A stretch of 64,000 nucleotides of DNA, from NCBI GenBank assembly GCA_038245295.1, contig JBBRSP010000031.1:10014-74013 (forward strand), given 5' to 3'. Positions 37,099 through 46,813 of the stretch are shown here, piece by piece (position 1 is the first letter of the stretch; the number at the start of each line of letters is the position of its first letter). This DNA is from Candidatus Binatia bacterium. Lineage in GTDB: Bacteria > Desulfobacterota > Binatia > HRBIN30. The position numbers and the translations under genes were made by a program. The notes under the pieces are model-generated. The model searched no databases. It had not been told where the DNA came from and saw nothing but the letters and a program-made list of their open reading frames with translations.

Positions 37099-37971
37099 TC
37101 AGCGCAAAGCGCTGGCCGTGCCGACGACGGTCTTCACACCATCGGCCTTCTCGCACCAAACATCACAGGTAACGCGTGTCCTGGGCCCTTCGCCGACTTC
37201 CTCGCGGATCTTGCCGCGCACCTTCAGTTGATCGTTGGGCCACACGACGTTGACCAGGCTGACATTCAGCTTGCCTCCACAGAACCAACCGGGTCCGAAG
37301 TTGCGGGTCATGATCTCCGAGACGAAGCACACCGACATCATTCCCTGCACGACGACGTCGGGAAATCCGAGTGCGCGCGCCATCTCCTGATCGGTGTGGT
37401 AATTCTTGTGTGGTCCGGAGAAGGCCTGGCACATCGCCAGGGTGATGGCTTTGTGTGCCGGCTCGAGCTCAGCGCCATCACCCTCGCCGATGGCAAACTG
37501 GCGATCCGCTTGTTTTTCGCGATTCTTGTCGACGACGTAGCCACTACCGCCGTCCTCGGCGAGGAAGCTCTGATGTGTCCGGCTGCGCTGCAGCCAGCGG
37601 CCGCTCGTGTCGGTGAAGAGGACTTCGTTGATGACGTACTCGCGACTACGTTTGCGGTAACGTTCGACGATTGTCGAGTGGCTGCGCACGGTGTCGCCGA
37701 CGAGCATCGGCTGGAAGATCTCCCATTCTTGTTTGGCGTGCAGGTTGCCGATGATGTTGGGCAGGTACCAGCTGAGATCGCGATACACTTCCGAGTGGAA
37801 CAGCAGTGCCGGGGCAACGGCGCCTCCCAGCGGCGAGGTGCCGGTATACCAGTTGTTGCGATCCTCCGTGCCGTCGCCGTAGGTCGCGATCAGATCGGGG
37901 GTAATCGTGTAGTCGCGACCACCCATGTCGCGGCCGACGTAGACTCCGTGCTCTTCGTGGAACGTTGCCAT
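37099..37971 (-). CDS. Double-hotdog MaoC-family dehydratase
   Basis: LHAKQEWEIFQPM in the N-terminal half; NYHTD..ARALGFPDVVVQGM in the C-terminal half. Confidence 0.85.
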   Translation of the reverse strand: MATFHEEHGVYVGRDMGGRDYTITPDLIATYGDGTEDRNNWYTGTSPLGGAVAPALLFHSEVYRDLSWYLPNIIGNLHAKQEWEIFQPMLVGDTVRSHSTIVERYRKRSREYVINEVLFTDTSGRWLQRSRTHQSFLAEDGGSGYVVDKNREKQADRQFAIGEGDGAELEPAHKAITLAMCQAFSGPHKNYHTDQEMARALGFPDVVVQGMMSVCFVSEIMTRNFGPGWFCGGKLNVSLVNVVWPNDQLKVRGKIREEVGEGPRTRVTCDVWCEKADGVKTVVGTASALR

Positions 37972-38115
37972 GCGTTGCACCTTAGGCGGCGGCCGGAGTG
38001 AAGGTCAATCAAGGTGCTCGCCAAAAGCACAGTCGTCTCTGGTCTTTCTGCCTTCGCCGTCGCCTGCGTTCAGACAAGGCTTGAGCCCTCGCGCGAAAGC
38101 TGCAACCTTCGGCGA

Positions 38116-39006
38116 ATGTCATCACCGTCACAATCAACCGCCGAGTTGCTGGGGTTCGCCTCCGACGCACGCGTGTTGCTCGTCAACGCGGATGACTTCG
38201 GTATGTGTCACGCCGAGAATGCCGCCACGGTGGAGGGTCTCGACACCGGAGCCTACGATTCGGCCACGGTGATGGTGCCGTGTCCCTGGTTCAAGGACAC
38301 GGCGGGGTATGCGCGCCGCAACCCGAAGGCCGACATCGGCGTGCACATCACCCACACCAGCGAATGGGAGATCTACAAGTGGGGACCCGTCAGCGGCCCC
38401 GGCGAGGTCCCGAGGCTGGTGCTTGGCGACGGCTTCTTCCCCCGTGATGTCGAAACCCTGTACCGGCTGGTCGGCGATTCAGGCATCGATGAAATGGAAC
38501 GTGAAACGCGTGCCCAGATCGAACGAGCGCTCGACACGGGGATCGATGTTACCCATCTCGACTCCCATATGGGCACGGTTCAACTCGATCCCCGCTACCA
38601 CGAACTGTATGTGCGCATCGCGGCTGACTACAAATTGCCGATCCGCCGTATGGCGCGCGGTTCACTGATCGACATGGGTATGGAGCGAGTCGTGCAATTG
38701 GCGGACAAGCTGGGTGTCTTGTCGCCGGATAAGCTTTGGGTTGGCGGTCCATCGTCGCCGGCGGAGACGGAAGCCTACTGGAGCGACTTCCTGCGGCATC
38801 TTTCCCCGGGCGTGACGGAGATCTTCATCCATGCGGGGATCGATACGCCGGAAGGCCACGCCATCACCCCGGCGTGGCGGCAACGCGTGTCCGACCACCA
38901 GTTCTTTCTCGCCGACTCAACGCGCCGTTTGCTTGACGACCTCAACATTCAGCGGGTTGGCTACCGCGCCTTGCGTGATCGCCAGCGTGAACTGACGCCA
39001 TGTTGA
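38116..39006 (+). CDS. YdjC/ChbG-family carbohydrate deacetylase
   Basis: NADDFG, MVPCPW, GVHIT, THLDSHMG, EIFIH motifs. Confidence 0.9.
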   Translation: MSSPSQSTAELLGFASDARVLLVNADDFGMCHAENAATVEGLDTGAYDSATVMVPCPWFKDTAGYARRNPKADIGVHITHTSEWEIYKWGPVSGPGEVPRLVLGDGFFPRDVETLYRLVGDSGIDEMERETRAQIERALDTGIDVTHLDSHMGTVQLDPRYHELYVRIAADYKLPIRRMARGSLIDMGMERVVQLADKLGVLSPDKLWVGGPSSPAETEAYWSDFLRHLSPGVTEIFIHAGIDTPEGHAITPAWRQRVSDHQFFLADSTRRLLDDLNIQRVGYRALRDRQRELTPC

Positions 39007-39536
39007 TCTTTCTGATTGCGATCCCACTGGTCCTGGTGGCGATCGCGATCGTGCTCTACCTCAGCACGATTCTGTATGGCGCCATCACCGGCCCGTTCGA
39101 AGGAGTCTTTGAGCGCCGGCGTTTTGCGCGCTACGAGGCACGCGCTAGTCAATGTGATGAGTTGATCAAACACGGCGAGCAGCAACGTGCCTTGGAGCTG
39201 CTGCACGCAGCGTTCTACCCCTACACGGTGCGCCATCGCGAGCTGGCAAGTCGCGTCGTCAATCACCATACGGCGTTGCTGAGCCGCGCCATCGCTCTGA
39301 CGGCGGAAGCGCAAGGCGGCACGGTGCGTCTGCTTTCGTTGGCCAAGGTCGATCGGCTGTTGTCGGAGCGTAGCGCCCTGCAACGTCGGTACTTCTCGGC
39401 GAGCCCCGGGAAGGGCAAGGACAGTCGCCACGAAGTCAACGTGGCGCTGCGGATGAACGGTCGTGATCTCAGCGCCGCGTTGCACCAGTTGGTTACGGAG
39501 GTTGCGGCCATGCAGCGGCCGCCGACACTGCATTGA
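39000..39536 (+). CDS. Hypothetical membrane-anchored protein
   Basis: N-terminal TM; start overlaps the upstream stop. Confidence 0.65.
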   Translation: MLIFLIAIPLVLVAIAIVLYLSTILYGAITGPFEGVFERRRFARYEARASQCDELIKHGEQQRALELLHAAFYPYTVRHRELASRVVNHHTALLSRAIALTAEAQGGTVRLLSLAKVDRLLSERSALQRRYFSASPGKGKDSRHEVNVALRMNGRDLSAALHQLVTEVAAMQRPPTLH

Positions 39537-39603
39537 AGGCCACGGGTCTCGACGCTCCCGATAGCGCTTGGTAGTTAGCGCGCTTCCGTCGAGGAGGTTC
39601 ATC

Positions 39604-40713
39604 GTGGCAATGCGCAAGACGCGACTAGGCAAACATCCGAAGATCGATCCGAAACCCATCGGTCGTGGCATCTCTGTTACCGATCTGGTTGATCGCACGT
39701 TCCTGGCTTACAACGCGGCGCGTTTGCGCGAGGCCTGTCAGTTGTTCGTGCGGCGCATGTTGGAAGAGAATGTGACGATTGGTGTCAGTCTCACGGGCGC
39801 TCTGACTCCTGCCGGACTTGGTATCGCGGCGTTGATCCCGCTGATCGAGCATGGGTTCATCGATTGGATGACGAGCACCGGTGCCAACCTATACCATGAC
39901 ACCCACTTCGGCATCGGCCTGGATATGCACGTGGGGTCACCCTTCGCCGATGACGTCGACCTGCGCGACAAGGGCATCGTGCGTATCTACGACATCTTTT
40001 TCGACTACGAAGTCCTGCTCGAAACCGATTCGTTCTTCCGCAAGGTGATCACCGCCCCGGAGTTCCAGAAGCCGATGAGCACGGCGGAGTTCCATTTCCT
40101 TTGTGGCAAGTACGTTCGCCAGCGCGAACGTCTGCTTGGGCTGAAGCGCCGCTCGGTGCTGTCGACGGCGCACGAGTTCGGTCTGCCCATCTATACGTCG
40201 TCGCCCGGCGACAGCTCGATCGGCATGAATGTCGCCGCCATGGCGCTGCAAGGCAATCAGTTGATGTTCGATGTGTCGCGCGACGTCAACGAGACTGCCG
40301 CCCTCGTGCTCGGTGCGAAGGAGAAGGCCGGCAAGAGCGCCATTATGATCATCGGCGGCGGTTCGCCGAAGAACTTCATGCTGCAAACCGAGCCGCAGAT
40401 TCAGGAAGTCCTGGGCATCAGCGAGAGCGGCCACGATTACTTCCTGCAGATCACCGACGCGCGGCCGGATACCGGCGGCCTCTCCGGAGCGACGCCGGCC
40501 GAAGCGGTGAGCTGGGGTAAGGTTGACCCGGATGCGTTACCCAGCACGGTGGTCTGTTACCTCGATTCAACCGTCGCGCTGCCTATCCTGACGGCGTATG
40601 CCATTGCCAATCACAAGAAACGTAAGCCGAAGCGGCTGTACGATCGGCGCGAGGCGCTCATGGCGACTCTCGAGAAGCGTTACCAACAGGTCCGCAAGCG
40701 TGGGCTGCGTTGA
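39604..40713 (+). CDS. Deoxyhypusine-synthase-like protein (probable homospermidine synthase, SpeY type)
   Basis: [51 protein letters not shown] before GTG 39604 (ATG 39610 is an alternative). Confidence 0.9.
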   Translation: MAMRKTRLGKHPKIDPKPIGRGISVTDLVDRTFLAYNAARLREACQLFVRRMLEENVTIGVSLTGALTPAGLGIAALIPLIEHGFIDWMTSTGANLYHDTHFGIGLDMHVGSPFADDVDLRDKGIVRIYDIFFDYEVLLETDSFFRKVITAPEFQKPMSTAEFHFLCGKYVRQRERLLGLKRRSVLSTAHEFGLPIYTSSPGDSSIGMNVAAMALQGNQLMFDVSRDVNETAALVLGAKEKAGKSAIMIIGGGSPKNFMLQTEPQIQEVLGISESGHDYFLQITDARPDTGGLSGATPAEAVSWGKVDPDALPSTVVCYLDSTVALPILTAYAIANHKKRKPKRLYDRREALMATLEKRYQQVRKRGLR

Positions 40714-41501
40714 TGTACGAACACGAGCTCGAAGTAGCGGTTGCGGCGGCGCGTAGCGCCGGTGCGGCCGTGAAGTCTTGGTACGACGGCACGGTCACCG
40801 TACAGAAAAAGGAAAACAACAGCCCGCTAACCGAAGCCGACGTTGAATCAAACCGCATCATCCAAGCGGCCATCATGGATGCATTTCCTGACGACGGTTG
40901 GCTCTCCGAGGAGACGCGCGATACCGATGAACGTCTGGGCAAGCAGCGCGCCTGGATCGTCGACCCGCTCGACGGCACGCGCGAGTTCGTCAAACGCATC
41001 CCAGAGTTCGTCGTCTGCATCGGCCTGGCCGATCGTGGCGAGGCGGTGGTTGGTGTCGAGTACAATCCGGTGAGCGAGGAGTTCTTCGCGGGTGCCAAGG
41101 GGCTGGGGCTGACACTGAATGGTGCGGCGGTCCATACGACGGAGCTGGCCGATCTCAAACAGGCGCGAGTGCTGGCCAGTCGGTCGGAGGACAAACGCGG
41201 CGAGTGGGACGAATTTTGCGACGATATGCGTGTCGAGCTCACCGGCAGCGTGGCGTACAAGCTCGGGCTGATTGCGGCCGGGCGGGCCGATGCGACGTTC
41301 AGTCTCACGCCCAAGAACGAATGGGACGTCTGCGCGGGTGCCGCGCTAATCTTGGCCGGCGGCGGTCGCATGACCGATCGTTACGCCAAGCCGCTGCGGT
41401 TCAATCAGAGTGACACCAAGCTCCCCGGGCTGATCGCCTGCGCGGCGTCGCTGTTCGATCCGATCGTCGCGCTTCTGCGGCAGCGCGGGAGGATGGAGTA
41501 G
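40713..41501 (+). CDS. cysQ: 3'(2'),5'-bisphosphate nucleotidase / inositol monophosphatase family
   Basis: PLTEAD, LSEE, WIVDPLDGTREF, EWDVCAG; TGATG coupling with the upstream gene. Confidence 0.82.
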   Translation: MYEHELEVAVAAARSAGAAVKSWYDGTVTVQKKENNSPLTEADVESNRIIQAAIMDAFPDDGWLSEETRDTDERLGKQRAWIVDPLDGTREFVKRIPEFVVCIGLADRGEAVVGVEYNPVSEEFFAGAKGLGLTLNGAAVHTTELADLKQARVLASRSEDKRGEWDEFCDDMRVELTGSVAYKLGLIAAGRADATFSLTPKNEWDVCAGAALILAGGGRMTDRYAKPLRFNQSDTKLPGLIACAASLFDPIVALLRQRGRME

Positions 41502-41569
41502 GAGGGCGCCGCGGGGCGGCGCGCTCCGATTGTGCGCATTCCGGAACACGCCACTCCGTGGCGCCCTTC
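41501..41569. repeat. Inverted doublet of family A REP-like units
   Basis: GGAGGGCGCCGCGGGGCGGCGCGCTCCG ... CGGAACACGCCACTCCGTGGCGCCCTTC between convergent genes. Confidence 0.65.
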
Positions 41570-41581
41570 AGCGGTTAATCC

Positions 41582-42736
41582 TCAAGCCGAGTACTTCGTC
41601 TCCACATCACCCTTACGCAGCCGCTGCGCGATGACGATCTGTTGCACTTCGCTCGAGCCGTCGTAGACGCGCGCCACACGCACGTCGCGCCACAGACGAT
41701 CGATCATGTACTCGCCACGAATGTAGCCGTTGCCGCCGAAGATCTGCATCGCGTCGTCGACGGTCTGCCAGGCGTTTTCCGCCGCCACCAACTTCGCGGT
41801 GGACGATTCGCGAATCGCCTGCTCGCCGCGATCGAGCAGCCAGGCGCTGCGATAGACCAGCAGGCGTGCGGCATCGATGCGTGCCGCCATTTGCGCCAGC
41901 TTGAACGCGATTGATTGATGCTCGGCAAGCGGCTTGCCGAAGGTGTGGCGCTCCTCGGCGTATTGCAGGGCCAACTCGAGGGCTTTCTGTCCGGCGCCAA
42001 CACAGCGCGCCGCCAGGGTCGTGCGTCCTTCGGCGAGTGTGCGCTTGGCGTAGTCGAAGCCTTTGCCTTCCTCGCCGACCAGGGCGTTCGCCGGAATCTT
42101 GCAGTCTTCGAGGACGATCTCGGAAATCTGTGAGCCTTGATGCCCGGTGGTGTCGAAGATCGAGCCGATGCTCAGGCCGGGCGACTCGCGGTCGACGATG
42201 AACGCCGTGATGCCTTTGTCGCCGCGCGCGAACAGCATGTACTGATGCGCAAGCGGTGCATTGGTGATGAACATCGTGCGGCCGTTCAGAACGTAGTGGT
42301 CACCCTTGCGCTCGGCGCGGGTGGTCATGGCTCCGGCGTCGGAGCCGGCCCCCGGCTCGGTCAAGGCGAAGGAGCCCAGCCACTCGCCGGTCGCCATTTT
42401 CGGCAGGTAGTGATCCTTCTGCGCCGGCGAACCGAATTTGCAGATGCCGACGCAACCAATGCCGGTGTGGACGCTGATAAAGCTCGCCAGGCCCCAGGGG
42501 CCACGGCCCAGTTGCTCGTGCACGAGCGCCTTCTGAAACACCGACAGCCCGAGGCCGCCGTACTCAGCCGGGATGCTGAGACCAAACAGCCCAAGCTCGC
42601 CGGCACCGTCGATCAACGCTTGCGGCAGCTTGTCGTTCTTGTCGATCTCCTGCCAGCACGTGTTGGCTTGCTCTTCGACAAAGTCGCGCACCGACCGCGC
42701 GAGCATCGCGTCATCTGCCGAGATTGTGAAATCCAT
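41582..42736 (-). CDS. Acyl-CoA dehydrogenase
   Basis: FALTEPGAGSD, FITNA, ERHTFGKPL, QIFGGNGY, YDGSSEVQ. Confidence 0.95.
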   Translation of the reverse strand: MDFTISADDAMLARSVRDFVEEQANTCWQEIDKNDKLPQALIDGAGELGLFGLSIPAEYGGLGLSVFQKALVHEQLGRGPWGLASFISVHTGIGCVGICKFGSPAQKDHYLPKMATGEWLGSFALTEPGAGSDAGAMTTRAERKGDHYVLNGRTMFITNAPLAHQYMLFARGDKGITAFIVDRESPGLSIGSIFDTTGHQGSQISEIVLEDCKIPANALVGEEGKGFDYAKRTLAEGRTTLAARCVGAGQKALELALQYAEERHTFGKPLAEHQSIAFKLAQMAARIDAARLLVYRSAWLLDRGEQAIRESSTAKLVAAENAWQTVDDAMQIFGGNGYIRGEYMIDRLWRDVRVARVYDGSSEVQQIVIAQRLRKGDVETKYSA

Positions 42737-42767
42737 GATTGCTTCTCCATCCGTCATTCCGGCGAAA

Positions 42768-42926
42768 GAGACTGTCGAGTTTCTCTGCTCGCACGCTTAA
42801 AGCATACAAACAACGCCGTCATTCCGGCGAAAGCCGGAATATCCCCAGCACTTCTAAGATTCCGGCCGATGAGATCCCGGCTTTCGCCGGGATGACGTTG
42901 TGGCATCCGAGTTTATCGACAGTCTC
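42768..42926. mobile_element. 159-bp MITE (copy 2) inserted in the loop of a REP-like palindrome
   Basis: GAGACTGTCGA / TCGACAGTCTC TIRs; flanks CATTCCGGC-GAAA and GAAG-GCCGGAATG; reverse-complement homolog of 14753-14912. Confidence 0.78.
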
Positions 42927-42992
42927 GAAGGCCGGAATGCAGTGCAGTAGGCGAGTGAGGGTAGTCTCATCGCCTTCGTTTCGACCAAGGCT

Positions 42993-43466
42993 TCAAGTCT
43001 GCGGCGTCAGGCGCAGGAGAATCGTCTTCCCCGACTCATTGCGTGACCGACTCGGCCGGAAGAACCCGGCCCAGGCGATCCAGTATTTCTTGTTGTAGAT
43101 CTCCCCGAGCCGGTCGGCTTTTGCGCCGTCCTTGATGATCTCCGCCTTCATGGTGACGAACGGACCATCCTCGCCCTTGGTCGACAAGAACACCGGGCTG
43201 CCGCGTTTGATGCGTTTGGCTTTCCAGCTTGTCGGCGACGTGGTGAACCAGATCGCATTGTCCATCAAGCCGAACCATACCGGCACCACCTTGCTGTGGG
43301 AGCCGTCTTTGCGCTGGGTGCCGACGTAAATATAGGAGCCGTCGCGCAGCGCGGCCATTGTTGGTTGATCGAGTCCTGGCACAGTTTCCTCCGCACTGGC
43401 TGTGCGCGGCACGGCGCTTCCCAGCGACGCACACAGCAGAAATACACCGGCGAGACCGATTTTCAT
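42993..43466 (-). CDS. Split-barrel (pyridoxamine 5'-phosphate oxidase-like) protein with signal peptide
   Basis: YIYVGTQRKDGS..VPVWF, SWKAKRIKR, KKY motifs; leader MKIGLAGVFLLCASLGSA..ASA; AAGGA RBS. Confidence 0.75.
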   Translation of the reverse strand: MKIGLAGVFLLCASLGSAVPRTASAEETVPGLDQPTMAALRDGSYIYVGTQRKDGSHSKVVPVWFGLMDNAIWFTTSPTSWKAKRIKRGSPVFLSTKGEDGPFVTMKAEIIKDGAKADRLGEIYNKKYWIAWAGFFRPSRSRNESGKTILLRLTPQT

Positions 43467-43518
43467 GCTGGAGTTCCTTCCGGCGCGCCGACTAGCCCGA
43501 ATCGCTGAACGTGACAAC

Positions 43519-44262
43519 CTACCACTTGGCGCCGCGGGTGATTTGGATCGGTTGGCGCGCGTCGCGTTTGCGTCGCAGCAACACATAGAGCGCCCCAACG
43601 CCACCATCACACGGCCGCGCCGAGGTGAAGGCCAGCACCAGGCGGGCGCGTTGGCCGCGCGCCAACCAGGTGGTCGTCCAGTTCTTCAGCACCGGCACCT
43701 GATCCTTAGAATTCATGCCGCGCCCGTGGATGATCAACACACAGCGCTTGCCGGCCTGGAAGGAGCGCGTCAGGAACGCATCGAGGTCGACCTTGGCCTG
43801 ATCGATCGTCAGCCGGTGCAGGTCGATGTAGGCTTGATACGAGAATTCACCGTTGCGCAGACGACGCAGCAGACGACGGTCGAGACCGACCACGAAGCCC
43901 TCGATTGACTCATCGCTCTGCGAGACATCGAAGTCGGCGTTGCCGCTGACCAGGTCGGAGAGCTCCGCCAGTGCTTCAGCCTCCGGATCACTGAGCTCGC
44001 GTGGTGGTGACGCCGGCGGTGGCGCGGCAACACGCTGGCGTTCGGCCGCCTCGAGGCGCCGCGCGCCATCCATGGCGCGCAAGAACAGCTCGTGGTCATC
44101 GGGGATTTCCGCCGTAGGCGGCGGTGGCGGGGCAGGGGGAGGCACCGGCTTGGCGGCGGGCACCGCGACCCGCTTCAGCTCTTTGAAGGGCCGATTGATG
44201 AAATCGACTGGCGCCGATGAGGCGCCACCCGGCGGCGCGCCGCGCTTCTTCTTGTGTTTCAT
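43519..44262 (-). CDS. Smr-domain protein
   Basis: LFLRAMDGAR, LRRLRNGEF..IDLH, IIHGRG, DGGVGALYVLLRR. Confidence 0.9.
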   Translation of the reverse strand: MKHKKKRGAPPGGASSAPVDFINRPFKELKRVAVPAAKPVPPPAPPPPPTAEIPDDHELFLRAMDGARRLEAAERQRVAAPPPASPPRELSDPEAEALAELSDLVSGNADFDVSQSDESIEGFVVGLDRRLLRRLRNGEFSYQAYIDLHRLTIDQAKVDLDAFLTRSFQAGKRCVLIIHGRGMNSKDQVPVLKNWTTTWLARGQRARLVLAFTSARPCDGGVGALYVLLRRKRDARQPIQITRGAKW

Positions 44263-44264
44263 GC

Positions 44265-44303
44265 GTCGTACGAGTCCTATGGGTCCTATACGACCCATGA
44301 GTC
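44265..44303. repeat. Degenerate 9-bp tandem repeat
   Basis: GTCGTACGA GTCCTATGG GTCCTATAC GACCCATGA GTC. Confidence 0.55.
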
Positions 44304-44306
44304 AAA

Positions 44307-45473
44307 CTAGCTGCGACTGCGCGGCAACCCCAGTACCCGCTCAGCGATCACATTGCGTTGCACTTCCGAAGTTCCGGCGAAGATCGTGCACGACCGATAG
44401 TAGAGATACGAGCGTGCCCAACGGCCATTGTCGACGGAATGTGAATCGCCGCGCCACAACTGGGCACGCGGCCCCAAGAGGTCCATTGCCGTGTCGTGCA
44501 AGCGCTGGCTCATCTCGCTCCAAAAGAGTTTTACCAACGAGCTCTCGGGCCCGGGTTTGCCGTGGCGCAGGACACTCGTCAGCACGCGCCAGTTGTGCAG
44601 CTTGAACAGCTCGAGCTCGATCAACGACTGAGCGATGCGTTGCCGCAGCAACGGATCATCCGCCGAGTCGCGCGCCAGCTGCAACAGCTCGTCCATCAGG
44701 ATGCGATGAATGACGAGCTGCCTTGGGCTGGTGCCGCGTTCGTGACTCAGCGTCGTCTGCGCGATGTCCCAGCCCTGGTTCAGCTCGCCGACTAGATGTT
44801 CGGCTGGAATACGCACGTTCTCAAGGAAGACTTCGTTGAACTCTTCGGTGCCGGTCATCTGGCGCAGCGGTCGGATGGATACGCCGGGGCTGCGCATGTC
44901 GACGATGAAGAAGCTGATGCCCTTGGCCTTCGGGGCGGCGAAGTCGGTGCGCGCCAACAAGATGCCCCAGCGCGCGAACTGGGCATAACTCGTCCACACC
45001 TTCTGGCCGTTAATGACGAAGTCGTCGCCGTCGCGTTCCGCGCCACAGCGCAAGGCGGTGAGATCGGAGCCGGCGTTCGGCTCGGAGAACAACTGGCACC
45101 AGATTTCTTCGGCCGACAGGATCTTCGGCAGAAAGCGCTGCTTGATGGTTTCAGTAGCGTGGCGGATGAGGGTTGGACCGACCAGATTGATGCCGATGCG
45201 CCCGATCAGCTCGGGGGCACGGGCACGCGCGAACTCTTCCTGGAGGATGTAGTTCTCAATGATCGAGGCGCCGCGGCCGCCATACTCGCGCGGCCAATGC
45301 ACGCCGACCCAGCCACCGCTCGAGAGATGGCTCTGCCACTTGATCAACCAGGCAACTTCGTCGCCGAGATCGTCGGACTCCGGTGCCGGTTCCGGACGGT
45401 TCAGCATCAGCCAGGCGCGCAATTCGGCGCGGAAGGCTTCTTCGGATTCAGAGAAGGATAGGTCCATCTTCAA
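44307..45473 (-). CDS. Acyl-CoA dehydrogenase (FadE-like)
   Basis: WPREYGGRG, WCQLFSEPNAGSDL, NGQKVWTS, FNEVFL, IFAGTSEVQRN. Confidence 0.95.
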   Translation of the reverse strand: MKMDLSFSESEEAFRAELRAWLMLNRPEPAPESDDLGDEVAWLIKWQSHLSSGGWVGVHWPREYGGRGASIIENYILQEEFARARAPELIGRIGINLVGPTLIRHATETIKQRFLPKILSAEEIWCQLFSEPNAGSDLTALRCGAERDGDDFVINGQKVWTSYAQFARWGILLARTDFAAPKAKGISFFIVDMRSPGVSIRPLRQMTGTEEFNEVFLENVRIPAEHLVGELNQGWDIAQTTLSHERGTSPRQLVIHRILMDELLQLARDSADDPLLRQRIAQSLIELELFKLHNWRVLTSVLRHGKPGPESSLVKLFWSEMSQRLHDTAMDLLGPRAQLWRGDSHSVDNGRWARSYLYYRSCTIFAGTSEVQRNVIAERVLGLPRSRS

Positions 45474-45491
45474 TCACGGATTCGATTGCCG

Positions 45492-46682
45492 CTAGATGGC
45501 TCCAGCAACGCGCCATGCGCGGATCTCCTCATCGGTTGCGTTGGCCACCCCGCGTAGGATCTCCTCGGTATCGGCGCCCAGCGCCGATGCGGCGCGGTAG
45601 GCCGGCGGCGTGGCGTCGACTCTGATCGGGCAGCCGACTTCGCGCAGTACACCGAATTGCGGGTGCGGAACGTCAATCACCATCTGTCGCGCCGCGACGT
45701 GTGGATCAGCCAGGGCTTCCTCCACGGTGTAGACGGGGGCGCAGGGTACTTCGCCCTGGAAGAGATCCAGCCACTCGCGCGTCGTGCGTTGGCGTAAGTC
45801 CTTCTCGACAATGGCGAGGAACTCGGCGCGATGCGCGAAGCGATCGGCGAAGGTGCGGAAGCGGGGTTCGTCGAGTAGATCTGTGCGACCCATCAACTCC
45901 GCCATGCGACGCCAGAACTTTTCCTTCATGCACATGATGACGAGATAACCGTCTTTGGTCGGGAAGTTCTGTGACGGCACCAACGTCTGATGCGCCGAGT
46001 TTGGCAAACGCTCGAGGTGGTGACCGTAGTTCAGATTCCACGCCGCGAGGTAGTTGAGCATCGACAGCGAAGTATCAAGCAGGCTGACGTCGAGATCACA
46101 GCCGGTACCCCTCTGGCGCGCCTGGAGGACCCCGCTCAGCACCGCGACGGCTGACATCAAGCCGCCGGAAAAGTCGGCGATCGACACGCCGCAGCGTGTC
46201 GGCGGGCTGTCCGGTTCGCCGCTCAGGCTCATGAACCCGGCGAGGCCTTGTACGAGGAAATCATAACCGGGGTCGGTGGCGCGTGGGCCGGTCTTGCCGA
46301 AACCCGACAAGATGCAACAGACAATGCGTGGGTTGACCGACTTGAGACTGTCGTAGTCGAGCCCGAGCTTGGCCGGCAGATCGCCGCGTGAGTTGGCGTA
46401 GACGACGTCGCTGGCGCGCACGAGGCGGTGGAAGACCTCGCGTCCCTCGCTGGTGCGTAGGTTGAGGGTCAGTGACTTGGCGTTGCGATTCATCGACTGG
46501 AAGTACGGGCTGTCGCCGTCGATCGCATACGGCGGCACCGTGCGCGCCTCGTCGCCGCCGATCGTTGGGTCTTCGACTTTGATGACCTCGGCACCGAGAT
46601 CACCCAGTGTCATCATCGCATAGGGACCGGCGCCGAGTTGGGTGAAAGCCAGGATGCGGATTCCTTCGAGAGGCAGCGGCAT
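45492..46682 (-). CDS. CoA-transferase family III (CaiB/BaiF)
   Basis: PLEGIRIL, AGPY, LGAEVIKVE, NRNAKSL, GYD motifs. Confidence 0.93.
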   Translation of the reverse strand: MPLPLEGIRILAFTQLGAGPYAMMTLGDLGAEVIKVEDPTIGGDEARTVPPYAIDGDSPYFQSMNRNAKSLTLNLRTSEGREVFHRLVRASDVVYANSRGDLPAKLGLDYDSLKSVNPRIVCCILSGFGKTGPRATDPGYDFLVQGLAGFMSLSGEPDSPPTRCGVSIADFSGGLMSAVAVLSGVLQARQRGTGCDLDVSLLDTSLSMLNYLAAWNLNYGHHLERLPNSAHQTLVPSQNFPTKDGYLVIMCMKEKFWRRMAELMGRTDLLDEPRFRTFADRFAHRAEFLAIVEKDLRQRTTREWLDLFQGEVPCAPVYTVEEALADPHVAARQMVIDVPHPQFGVLREVGCPIRVDATPPAYRAASALGADTEEILRGVANATDEEIRAWRVAGAI

Positions 46683-46727
46683 GTCCGCGTTGGTTTACTA
46701 GACAGCCGCGGGTCGCGCCACTCTTGG

Positions 46728-46813
46728 CCGCAAGCTGAAGCTTGCGCCTACCCGAACGCCGCCCCTTAGACTGGCATCGTCCACGACGGAAGCCGCAGGC
46801 TTTTAGCCTGCGG
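46728..46813. repeat. Family B REP units (pair)
   Basis: CCGCAAGCTGAAGCTTGCGCCTACC (46728-46752) and CCGCAGGCTTTTAGCCTGCGG (46793-46813, overlapping the exonuclease stop). Confidence 0.65.
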
